64,000 nucleotides of DNA from Octopus sinensis. Lineage: Eukaryota. The translations under genes and the position numbers were made by a program. Shown here one piece after another: positions 52,495 through 64,000 of the stretch. Position 1 is the stretch's first letter; the number at the start of each line of letters is the position of its first letter. Location: the NCBI RefSeq assembly GCF_006345805.1, contig NC_043004.1, positions 34,782,001 to 34,846,000 on the forward strand. The letters are read 5' to 3'. The notes under the pieces were generated by a model. It worked only from the letters and a program-made list of their open reading frames with translations. It ran no database searches and had not been told where the DNA came from.

Positions 52495-53075
52495 TGATCA
52501 TCATCATCATCGCCATCGTCGTCGTTTAATGTCTGTTTTCCATGCTAGCATGGGTTGGACGGTTCGGCCGGGGTCTGGGAAGCCAGAAGGCTGCACCAGG
52601 CTCCAGTCTGATCTGGCAACGTTTCTACAGCTGGATGCCCTTCCTAATGCCAACCACTCCGTGAGTGTAGTGGGTGCTTTTTACATGCCACCAGCACAGA
52701 TGCCAGGTGAGGCTGGAAATGGCCACGATCAGTTGGTGCTTCTTATGTGCCACTGGCACGGAAGCCGGTCAAGGCAGTGCTGGCATCGGCCATGTTTGGA
52801 TGGTGCATTTTATGTGCCACCAGCACAGGGATCACAACTACAATTTCCATTGATTTTTGATGTTGATGTACCTGACTCAATAGGTCTCCTCAAGCACAGG
52901 GTCAAAACGGTGTTTCTTTACTTGCCACCTGCACAGGAGTCAGTCCAGCAGCATTGGCAACGGCCGGGTGCCAGTCATAGGATTTGGTTCAATTTCGTTT
53001 TCACTTGCCCAACAGGTCTTCACAAGCAGAGTTTAGTTTCCATTGAAAGGAGGTTGGCATGGGTGCCAGTCGTCA
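52495..53075 (-). mobile_element. RTE-clade LINE 3' region (family B), antisense copy
   Basis: Highly similar to 16873-17365; ORF 52478..53173 parallels ORF 16917..17489. Confidence 0.85.
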
Positions 53076-53551
53076 GATGCTGTTCAATTTCAAATCCAAT
53101 GAAAACGATCTTGCATCAACCAATAAAGGATGACAAGCAGAGGTCAACTTTGCCTTTTGGGCTTATAAAATAAAGTAGCAGTGAAACATTGAGGATGATT
53201 ACATCGGTTAGTTCCCTCCCATAAAGTTTTGGGCCCTGTGCTTATAGCAGAAAGAAAACTAATGGTCAAGTACATTGAAACCTTTACCTTAGAAAGAAAG
53301 TTTCTAAGTTTAAATTTAATTCGTTATTCATAGAATTAGAAACATTTGAAAGTCACCTGCAGAAATTAGGCTTACAAAGAGCTTGTATAGAAGAGAGGCC
53401 CTGGATATGAAGATAAATTGTCTTAAATCCTCAAACTGTAACCTTAATTAATACTGTTGGATATAAACACAGCTTAACATGAAGAACAAAACTGATAACC
53501 ATTAATACTAATAACAACAACAACAACAACAACAGCTATAATAACTACCAC

Positions 53552-53619
53552 CATGACATGGAACGTGATTCAGTTTGATAATGATGTGTGACAAACACTC
53601 CAAACTTGGAAGATTTCCT
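53552..53619 (-). CDS. Candidate exon (strong acceptor, weak donor)
   Basis: Acceptor gtttctgtctctttccag; phase-2 frame GNLPSLECLSHIIIKLNHVPCH; donor gtggta or gtagtt is poor. Confidence 0.25.
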
Positions 53620-55238
53620 CTGGAAAGAGACAGAAACGGATTTTGTGTTCCTTTAAATTGAATTTACAATAACTAGAGGTGAGTGAATTCCTACCATGCC
53701 AAACAACCCATAAAAGAGTTGGTAGTTCAATCCTCTTCCATGGTTCCCTTCTGTGTCAATGGCCAAAATTTTTACTTTGTGGGTCTCATTTCAATTAATT
53801 CTAAGAACATGGCACAAAGTGACACAGCTAATCACACAATGGCAACACTGTAATAAATAAATGCAATGCTGTACTTGACTTTTACCCAGACATCGTTATC
53901 ATTTAATGTCCATCTTACATCTTGGCATCGGTCAAACAATTTGACAGGAACCGAGTTCTAATGTTTGCTTTAGCTTGGTTTTTATGGCTGGACACCCTTT
54001 CTAATGCCAACCAGTTTACAGGGTATTCAATGCATTTTTCATGTCACCAGCACTAGTGAGGTTGTCATGCATCTTGCATGACTAAGAAGAAGGCCTCTTT
54101 GTCTGAGTGAGGAGGCATTAGTGGAGAGTGGGTGGCTTTATACCATTTTAGGAGAATTTAAAATATGAGTGAGAAACTGGAAAACAGAGGAGATAAATAG
54201 CCACCCTCCATTATATAAGGGTAGGAGTCGCTGGAAAGAGTGATCTAAGCTGGAAATTAAATCTAAAGATTAAGGATCTTAGTGTAGCACAACAATAACC
54301 ATATTAAATGTAGAAATGAGTTGCAACATCACTGACGCCAAGCTGTATCAGCCTTTGCCTTTCCTTTGGATAACATCTGGTATGCATGGGCGACTGCTGG
54401 TCTTCCATAAACAACCTTGCCCGGACTTGTGCCTGGAGAGTAACTTTCTAGGTGCAATCCCATGGTCAGTCATGACCAAAGGGGGTCTCCGACTCTGACA
54501 TCCCTGAATGCAGTTTTAGAACTCTTTCCATCTTTCTATATTTTTTATGGACTCCTCTCACATCCAAACTACATGTCAGTATTTATAACTCCATAGCTAC
54601 ACATGCTAACTCTCACTTCTCTAAATATACACTCAAAGTTAATTTTATAATTATGCATCCATAATTGGATCCTGTTAATTAGAGATCTATGATTGTAGTT
54701 ACACACAGCTTACAGCATATCCACAGTTAACCATTCATATTAAGATGCCATTAACCCAAATATTAAAACATCATTAAAGTTTTAGTATATATAACACATT
54801 AGCTTTTTTCCCACTCTGTATTAGTTTACCCTTAGTTAATTCACTCTGAATATGATATCAGTTAATAAGATGACGGAGATATCACTATGATATCTCTTCT
54901 AGTTCATCAATCGATATCCTCCTTATGTTCAAGGAATGTTTTCCTACTGTGAATGACCTAAATGTGATAAGAGAAAATCTTTTAGTTGCATGGAGCTTAG
55001 GAGACACTCATAAAGGTGTATAGGACACATGATGTTGCAAGGTTTTCTTCAGAATCTACAGACTGGGTCTAGTTTTAAGTTGATTCACCTAAGATTCACA
55101 CCACAAATATCCAGGACTGTTTTCTGCCAGCCAGATGAACTGAGGCATGTCAACTTACATATAAACGCCAATGTGTAATTAAATGCCTGCAGTGGATTTG
55201 AATACAAAACCTTCGAAGAGTTGGTCCAAGACACTTAC

Positions 55239-55281
55239 CTTTCAAAAGAGAGATACTTGAGAGAGAATTTGCTTAATTTAT
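55239..55281 (-). CDS. Candidate exon (43 nt, phase 1-2)
   Basis: Acceptor cattttattcaactcacag, donor AAG|gtaagt; only one open frame: (D)KLSKFSLKYLSFE(R). Confidence 0.4.
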
Positions 55282-55496
55282 CTGTGAGTTGAATAAAATG
55301 TCACAAACCCTTGCAAGCAATTCAAATCAAGAATACTCCCATTATACACCCATCTCTAAATCACCGTCATGAACAGGTAAATGCGTTTACTGTTTATACA
55401 ACCAAACCAAAATACTTAAAAACAAAAGCTTGCTTAGACACGCCAAGAACGCAGGTCATGGTTTCAGCCTTTCTAACTTCTTATGTCCATTGACAT

Positions 55497-55790
55497 AGTG
55501 GAGACACATGGCCTAGTGGTTAGAGCAGTGGACTTGCAGTCGAGGGATCTCAGACCGAGTGATGTGTGTGTTTATGAGCGAAACAGCTAAGCTACTCATG
55601 GCTCTGGTAGAAGGTAATGGCAAACTTCTGCTGACTCTTTCACCACAACTTTCTCTCACTCTTTCCTCCTGCATCTTGCAGCTCACCTGCAATGGACTGG
55701 CGTCCCGTACAGATGAGGAACCTATCCACCAAGGAAACCGGGAAACCGGCCCTTATGAGCCAGGCATGGCTCGAGAAGGAACAAACAATG
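55497..55790 (+). mobile_element. tRNA-derived SINE family D with possible Meta-type central domain
   Basis: tggcctagtggttagagcagtggacttgcag head; tgcaatggactggcgtcccgt..gaaaccggg..ccggccc.tatgagcc. Confidence 0.65.
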
Positions 55791-57007
55791 TCCATTGACT
55801 AAATAATCAGCCAACAATCCATTTAAGTACATCATAATCCTTTTGGAAGGACAATGCCATCCTAAAACCCTATTTCTCCAACTAAATACAAGCTACATAT
55901 AGACAATAATTGTATGTAATCTTCAAATTCAGGGCTGCCTTGCCAACAATTTACTGTGAATCATACAGACCATAGACTGTTGTCAGTTATATCATTAACT
56001 GGATCTACATAGAATTTAGACAGTCAAACCCATAGCTGGATCTATTGTGGCTAAACTCCGAAAATAAATGACATGCTAAGACATTAAACAGGTAAATAAA
56101 TGCAAAAGTTTACCAAACAACAACCTTACCAAATATCTTCATGTGGAATATGTCGAATGTGGTCCAATATCAGATTGTAAAGAGTCAGTGTTAGTTTGGA
56201 AACTTCTGGGACCTACATTTCCTTAAACTGTCATCAATAGCGACAAGGAGATAATTCACTGAGCTTGTGAAAGAATATGGTAATAGTTACTAATTACGCT
56301 AAATAAAGCAATTAATCAAGCAAACACAAGTTTAGATTCCTATAATTCAGTGCAGAATCATTTAAATGAATGTAAAATGCCTTAGAAATAAAGAGAATCG
56401 AATGCTTTCTTTGATCAGGTATCAATATGTTTGTCAAAGGTTTTGTTTATCAAATATGATTATTTGTAACTCAAGCACAACAACAATAACAGGAGCAACA
56501 TTTTGTTAAACATCTCATTTGCCATTCTTTTAATCGTGTGTCTTTATTTACATCATCGGTTGCAAAGGAATGAGAATTCCCACTCCATTTTCTAATTTAA
56601 AAGATTTTACGGTCATTAATGATGAGACTTTAACAAGGTACGAACAGACAAAAATTCTTTCAAAGCATTTATACTCGGTTGTGAGAGAGTGGAGTACCAG
56701 TGAATACAATCAGAAAATTCAGTTGACGGAGGGTGAACTTCTATTGAATATCATCAGAATTACAAACAAGTTAATGTATATAAATATTTGGTAAATTGCT
56801 ATAAGCTGTTTTAGATGATAATGTAATTATAGGTTTATAAAACTATAATAAATCACTATAAATCATTTGCAAATATTTTCTGAGAATAAATAATATTATG
56901 AGAAAAGATGTGTTTAAGCTTCTGTTTGGCGGATACCTAAATATATTAGATACTGTAAATATAGATATCTTGGTCACTTACCTATTTTCATTTGCATGTT
57001 TACATTC

Positions 57008-57071
<64 letters not shown>

Positions 57072-57127
57072 TGTATATACACATATATATGTATATATAT
57101 ATTTAATTTAAAGAGAGTTAGAGGCTG

Positions 57128-57166
<39 letters not shown>

Positions 57167-57832
57167 CTATATACACACATATATATTAAAGGTTGTGAAT
57201 GTATATATATATTTACACACACACACGCACATTATTTCCTTGCATGTAGATATCCATTTTGGTATATTTATAATTTTAGAATTTTCTTGTGAACAAATGG
57301 TAAATGACAATAGCTTCTTCTCTGTAAGTATACACATGCATATATATATTTTAAATCTTTTCTTCTCATCAACTTCCTTATCACCACCACCAACGCCACC
57401 ACCACAGTCATCCTCATCATAATCGTCATCGTTGTCGTCTTCATCATCATCATCACCACCACCACCACCACCACCATCATCATCATTATTATCTTGTCTT
57501 TAAGGCCTTTCCTAAGACAATTATTTTCCCAATCCTGCCAAGACAAGCAATGCAAGAATGAAAACAAAACAAAGACATACATTTTCTTTATTTTATTTTC
57601 TGCAATGTGTTGAAAATGCCAGACTGAGCAAACAGAGACATATTTATAGAAAAAAAGAAAAATATGTATATCTTCTTTAAAGAAATCTAATGTAATCTTT
57701 TTACAATTTAGAAACCAAAATAGAAACTTTAAATATAATTCTCGCTAATAATTTCTTTCTTCGCCATAAAACTTCCTTTTGTAAAGGTATAAATACATAT
57801 GTACATATACATATATACATATTTTTATACAC

Positions 57833-57893
<61 letters not shown>

Positions 57894-58156
57894 CATGCAC
57901 ATACACATGCACACACACACACATATATATGTTTATATAAGCTAGTGTACTGATTTCAGCAGGTAACATTTCCTCGCATAGAAAAACTAAAATCTTCGAC
58001 ATCATATCTGCAATTTTAATAAGTTTTAGTCAACACACAGAGAACATTATAATTAAATCTACAACATATCCAAGTACACTCAGTGACAGAACATTGATCC
58101 AAATATAGTCAACAATACCTACTGCACACCTATTATAGATTGTGTGTGAGTCTTAC

Positions 58157-58263
58157 CTGGGTAATCTGTTTTCACATCAATGAAAATCTCATACAGGTGA
58201 ATATCATTTTTACTGGGTGACTGTGGAACCCAGTGAGGGTTGTTATATTCATACGATGGGTTT
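58157..58263 (-). CDS. Candidate exon (107 nt, phase 2-1)
   Basis: Donor CAG|gtaaga, acceptor aatcctgtacag; only one open frame: NPSYEYNNPHWVPQSPSKNDIHLYEIFIDVKTDYP. Confidence 0.45.
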
Positions 58264-59107
58264 CTGTACAGGATTCCCTTCAAAAAGCTTCTACTCATTA
58301 TATATGGACCAAAAAAGGTAACAGGAGAAGACACTTGCCCTTGGTGTTGCAGATTGAACTCAGAACCTTAAGCCTTGAAAACTGAACTTATTGTCGATTC
58401 ATTCTACTTATTTACAAATTGTGCATAACATCGCAGCCAAAGATCAGTTTACAAGAGACATTAGTGGACCTAGATAACTTTAGTAAAAGCATGCTTAACT
58501 GCATGTCCTCTTCCTCCTCCTCCTCATCTTAATTGTTTTAACGTCCACTTCTTCATGCATGCATGAGTCAGGCAAAATTCATTGAGGTAGACTTTTATAC
58601 AGTCAAGTGCTCTTCCTGTCACCCCCAGCCCTCCACTTGTTCCCACACAAGCTAATATTACTCCATGACCAGACATGTTTTTGAGGAAGACTGGAGACAA
58701 ATAACACTGCTTGTGTGATGGGGACACTTGTTTACAACTGTCATATAATGTCAAAACATACATACACACACATATAGACACACATATAGATACACATATG
58801 ATAAACCTGAACCAACATACTTTCACTCATCATCATCTGTTTGAGCTTCTTTTCACTAACCACACTTTGTATTTAACAGAGCCAACTACAACATCAACAG
58901 CATCATCAGCAACAATAACATTGACAACAACAGCGACAACAACAACAGCAGTACAGAGCTATCAAAATATTGATCTGCTAGAAACAGCAGCATGGCAGAA
59001 TGTGGAAAGTAGCTTTTTTATTTCAAGATCAATGCATAGAAAAGACAATTTTTCTTCTTTTTATTTTCAAGATTTGTTGCCTTCATTCTACACTGCTAGA
59101 ACTAGGA

Positions 59108-59326
59108 TACAAGGAGGTACCGAAAAGCTACTGGCTTTAAATGTATCGTGAAATGCCTGGCTGGAGGTCCAACCTTCTGAGTTCTTCTACAGGGCTTAGA
59201 AAAGCTGAAGAACCACTGCAACAAGTGTGTGAATCTGAAAAGGGAATATGTTGAATAAAATCATAATTAACTGATCCTCTGGAATTTTCTTTTATCCAAA
59301 GCCAGGAACTCTTCAGCACCCCCAAG
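59108..59326 (+). mobile_element. Internally deleted mariner derivative (MITE)
   Basis: Ends tacaaggaggtaccgaaaagctactggcttt and aaagccaggaactcttcagcacccccaag are degenerate inverted repeats; the interior resembles a transposase C-terminus coding tail. Confidence 0.65.
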
Positions 59327-59478
59327 AAAGTGGTGCCACTCAAATGAGAACAAGACTCAGTAATTTGTTTTGCTCTATATAAGATGGTGTATATTCAGAT
59401 TGAAACCAAAACCATATCGTTCTGAAACAAACCACACACTGGCGCCTGAGCCTTGGATGTAAGTTTTAAACATATTAC

Positions 59479-59503
59479 CTTGCACCAGAGGAATTGCTTA
59501 CAA
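59479..59503 (-). CDS. Candidate small exon (25 nt)
   Basis: Acceptor gtttcatgttttgttttatgtag, donor AAG|gtaata; the phase 1-2 frame reads VSNSSGA(R). Confidence 0.3.
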
Positions 59504-60955
59504 CTACATAAAACAAAACATGAAACAATAATTTTATTTTACAAATATTGAACTTTCAAACTAAATTCACTACAATAGAGGGACCCACCCCATTCCCACT
59601 TGAAAAAAAAAGACAATAAAAAAAAAAGGAAACAGCAAAATTTGGCTGATGTTAAATATTTGTGAAAACTCTTTTATGAGAATCTAAAGTTTTGATTCTG
59701 CTCAGTGAACAAGTTTCTGTACCATTAATTGTAACATTTGGAATATTCATTACCATGATAAATTTCAGAATGAATTCGATTTTAATGATATTGGTTACCA
59801 TATTCTTCCTTTCTACTAAAATTACATTAAAGAAGAAAGGCAAGACACGTATTGGAGAGGTGGTGACCATGCCTGTGTTGTGGGTTCACTAGGCGGGGAT
59901 GGGGTAGTAATGGGAGCAGTGGCAGGGATGGTAATGTTAGTAATGGTTGGTGCACAGTGGTACTGCAATGAGGGTAGTGGGCGATAGTTTTTGGTGTTGG
60001 TGGCTATTTTAATGGTGTGATGTGGTGTGGGAGGGAGGGTGTTATATGGGCAGCAATGTGGTAAGAAGGGTTGGTCGTAGTGGGTGGTAGGAGCAGTTTT
60101 AGTGATGGTGGTGGTGGCAGGATTGACGTGCTATCTGGTTTATAGATTTTGTGAACTTTGCGTCATGAATCACATATCAATAAGAAGCCCAACCCACAAA
60201 GCCCAGCTCCACCCCCACCATTCACACTAGAACCCTTTTCTTTTATTAATTTATCTTTTTTTTTTGTAAAATGATGATTAAGATCAATATTTTTCAAAGA
60301 GCAGACAGCTGCTTGATATGAGCCCCTAAATAAAATAGTTGGCATTCAATTCTTTTTAAAATCTGACTAAATGGGAATTTTATGGGAACAATGAAATATT
60401 GGAAGCAATCACAGAAAACTGGTTAAAAAAAAAGGAACTTGGTTCTCACATCGAAGCTTATGGTCATTCACACAAATAATCCAATTTTCACAAATGTTTT
60501 GAAGTTAAGATAATAGAAAGTTTATAATTTATCTGTAATTTATTTCAATTCCCTTAATTTGATAAGCACATAATATTGTGCTGGAGCAATATAAGATTTT
60601 ATTAATGAGGTAGGTGGTACTCTAGGACACTGGAAGAATTTTCTATAACCCAATCTTTTATAAATTACAAGAATCTATTGAGTTGGTACTATGGTTTCCA
60701 TATATGTTAAGCAGATGGTAAAAATTCTTTCTCTGACTAGAATGCAGATCTTTTGCTGGTATTTTACTCCATTGGAGAATGTGAAATCAGTGTTGGAAAA
60801 ACAAAGCCCTCGCAAGCTATTTACAGGTAGGTGAATGGGTTGTTGTGATGCAAATGACTTGACTGTAGACAAAATGCATCCTTGACTTTGCTACTTTCAA
60901 AGAACTATACACTGAATCCACTTTCATTAGAATCTGATATTTTAGCTATAAAAGC

Positions 60956-61175
60956 ACATCATCATCATCATCATCATCATCATCGTTTAATGTCCGTTTT
61001 CCACGCTAGCACGGGTTGGACGGTTCGACCGGGGTCTGGGAAGCCAGGGGCTGCACCAGGCTCCAGTCTGATCTGGCAGAGTTTCTACAGCTGGATGCCC
61101 TTCCTAATGCCAACCATTCCATGAGTGTAGTGGGTGCTTTTTACGTGCCACCTGCACAGGTGCCAGATGGGTGCC
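60956..61175 (-). mobile_element. RTE 3' tail (family B), short antisense copy
   Basis: (CAT)n cgtttaatgtccgttttccacgctagcacggg.. Confidence 0.8.
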
Positions 61176-61680
61176 ACAATGAATTTTAAACGCATCCAAG
61201 CTTTCACTGCAGTCATCAAAAATATCTCTATTCATGAATAAGTATACCAATATATAGCAAATCTGTATAAGAAGGACTGGAATCAAATCTGAGTGTTAAC
61301 ATCACTTTTACGGACCTTATTTGTTACAACTGTAAACTGTACCTTTACATGGGATCTGCTTTTAGCTAAGTGGACCGAGTTGTTGAGGGATTCGTGTTTT
61401 TGGTCAAGGTATTGCGTGCATTGCCAAAGATGAAATAAGAATTGCAAAAAAAAAAAAAAATTAAATTAAATGATAAAAATCAATATTTTTTTTTCAGTAA
61501 TTAAATTGTAATAGATTCACTGATGGACACCAAGATCCTGCAATACAAGGCAGATGAGGAACAAATCTTACACAACATAGAATGCTAGATTATTGCAGGC
61601 AAAGGATCTTGAGCAAGAGAAACTGAATTCAGCACTACAAAACAACAAAATACATATTCTGCAAAATTTTGGATAAATAG

Positions 61681-61850
61681 GCGCAGGATTGGCTGTGTAG
61701 TAAGTAGCTTGCTTACAAACCACATGGTTCCGGGTTCAGTCCTACTGCATGGCACCTTGGGCAAGTGTCTTCTACTATAGCCTCGAGCTGACCAAAGTCT
61801 TGCGAGTCGATTTGGTAGACGGAAACTGAAAGAAGCCCATCGTATATATG

Positions 61851-61881
<31 letters not shown>

Positions 61882-62105
61882 TTGTGTATATTTTTATGTA
61901 TCTGCGTTTGTTCCTCAAACATCGCTTGACATTCGATGCAGGTGTGTTTACGTCCCCGTAACTTAGTGGTTCAGCAAAAGAGACCGATAGAATAAGTACT
62001 AGACTTACAAGGAATAAGTCCTGGGGTTGATTTGCTTGACTAAAGGCAGTGCTCCAGCATGGCCACAGTCAAAATGACTGAAACAAGTAAAAGAGTAAAG
62101 AGTAA
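61681..62105 (+). mobile_element. SINE family A, full length, internal (TA)n(TG)n
   Basis: gcgcaggattggctgtgtagtaag head, ggttccgggttcagtc B-box region, A-rich tail. Confidence 0.85.
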
Positions 62106-62639
62106 ATCAGAAATCTCAGGCTAGCAACTCAATCTTTTTGACAAGTATAGCATACAAAGTTTTCTTATTTCACAATGTTACAAAAGTATTTTGGATTAAG
62201 AAATGAGATTAAGTGACATTAATTTCATTGCCAGTAGCAAAGGTACAAAAATCAGAATCCGTTATTAAATTTCTATTGAAATGACTGATGTTGTTTGAAT
62301 TAATTTTCAAAATAACGACAAGTTTAGTAAAATAACTTTGTATTTATCAAACTAGTGTTTGGAACATAAACTAACCTGAAAAAGACATTAAAATGATGAT
62401 GGTGATGATGATGGTGGTGGTGGTGGTGGTGGTGGTGGTGGTGATGATGATGATCGTTTCTTGTTTAATTATGAGTTCAGCCCATTTATGCTTAAGTTAG
62501 CTTAAAGAGTCCAGCTATGTTATTGGTAAATATTTTATTGAATTCACTTAGAAGATGAACCAAGTTAACCATGTCTATGATGACCAGTTTTTAGCTTACA
62601 AAAAATTTCTAAGGACATTTCCTCAGATATCAACATAAA

Positions 62640-62985
62640 TTACATTTTTTATGGTAGTGGCTGAGTTCCTTCTGAATGTGGGGTCTCACGGAGGCAATGA
62701 CCAAGACCTTTGACATTGTGTCATGCTTGAGAAGAAGACCCATCAAGCCGAGCAAATTTGCAGTTGTGGCAGATACTGGTGTCATGCAAATGGCACCTGT
62801 GACGGTGACATGTAAAAGCACCCATTATACTCTTGTAGTAGTTGGCATTAGGAAGTGCATCCAGCCATAGAAAACCATGCCAAATCAGACTGGAGTCTGG
62901 CGCAACCTTCCAGCTTGTCAGCCCTGGTCAAACCACCCAACCCATGCCAGCATGGACAATGTTAAATGATGATGATGATAATGAT
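62640..62985 (+). mobile_element. RTE 3' region (family B variant), sense copy
   Basis: Reverse complement of 32286-32600; (GAT)n tail. Confidence 0.8.
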
Positions 62986-64000
62986 GAAACAAGAATATTT
63001 TGTTGTCATTAATAAAGATATTTACATCCTTCAGCTTGGTATATCAAAATTACTTCAGTTGAAGTCTATAATGGCACCAACAGAGATTTTATATTCTTCA
63101 AACCCTCTTCTATACTCTCATACAGTTTTCTGTGACTTTGTTTTTGTTAAATCTAGAGGAACCATATCTAGAGAACCAGTTTTATTTCAGAACAGCTGTG
63201 TTAAGTTAAATTAACAACATCCCTTTAGAGTTTTGCTTGTTTTAGATAAACTTTAATATGTAAATAATTTTTCCTAAGTTCCCTCTTTCATGAACTATAA
63301 TTTCCCAGACCACAAAAATATTCATTTGTAGTTTATGTTGTGATATGGAAGTGACATTTAAAACTCCTCCAAGCACATTTGAATGTATCAGTCTTTTACA
63401 GATAACTTTAAGAGAAATACCTGGAGATTATGATCTGCCTTCATGAATAATGTATAATTATATCATAGACTGTTTTTGAAACACTAAGTCATACTAAGAA
63501 GAACTACAACCATGGTTCTGTAGGGCTTCTCTGGAACTGGAAAAAGAAAGGATAGAATTTATTTTCAGATGAGAGGTATGGCTCATCTACCTGCAAAAAA
63601 AGAAACCCTACTGATAACCCCCACAGGCCAGGTGAGGAGTGTTACAGAGGGTGATGGATGAAGTCCACAACACAAAATACAACCATTAATCATTCATTGG
63701 AAAACTTTGTTAAATAGCACGAAAATTCTCCTTAAAATCACAGACATTGCAGAAAAATGGTAGGAACCATTATGGTTGAAACGATGAATTCTATGCTTTG
63801 TAGACAAGACAAAAACCTGACAATTTACAACAGCAACGGTGCCGTGTTGCGTCTGTGGTATACAATGGTTGGCTAAAAAGTGATGTCACACAACACTAAA
63901 CAAAACCAATGAACAGTGTGCTTTTGAAATGAGAAGCACCAATTTCCAATTAGATTTTATTGAAATTTAACAATAATCTTCACAAAGAGAAAAACACACA

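Noticed and set aside
52478-53173. 231-aa ORF and its 190-aa counterpart 16917..17489
   Set aside because: Antisense reading of the repeated RTE 3' region, which recurs many times in the window; no protein motif
56570-56794. 74-aa plus-strand ORF of ordinary composition
   Set aside because: No motif, no convincing splice context; length is within chance expectation
59890-60125. G-rich stretch as a promoter or CpG island
   Set aside because: (GGT)-type low complexity with few CpGs

Overview
AT-rich, repeat-dense animal genomic DNA with no prokaryotic features, no CRISPR array and no intact long ORF. The abundant (TA)n/(CA)n/(GATA)n/(AAT)n microsatellites and the SINE/RTE-LINE repertoire suggest an octopus-type (coleoid cephalopod) intronic or intergenic region; the species is my inference. 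Nearly all ORFs in the supplied track are microsatellite or repeat artefacts. Well supported content: two near-full-length but dead mariner transposons plus small MITEs, many RTE-clade LINE relics and their (GAT)n-tailed 3' ends, CR1/Jockey-like, R4/Dong-like and Penelope-like fragments, and at least four tRNA-derived SINE families (labelled A, C, D, E here; B is the RTE 3' end and F a Penelope-like terminal repeat; the labels are mine). Three tandem duplications are bounded by (TA)n; the two compared base by base differ only by 1-bp indels and are probably assembly artefacts. A set of small splice-site-bounded open frames on the minus strand may be exons of an unidentified host gene (low confidence). 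The most interesting signals are minimal hammerhead-ribozyme-like folds at the 3' end of a tRNA-headed SINE and in a second repeat family, and a duplicated ~90-nt foldback whose core is identical between copies. Repeat boundaries are approximate; hairpin, TIR and candidate exon coordinates were counted by hand.
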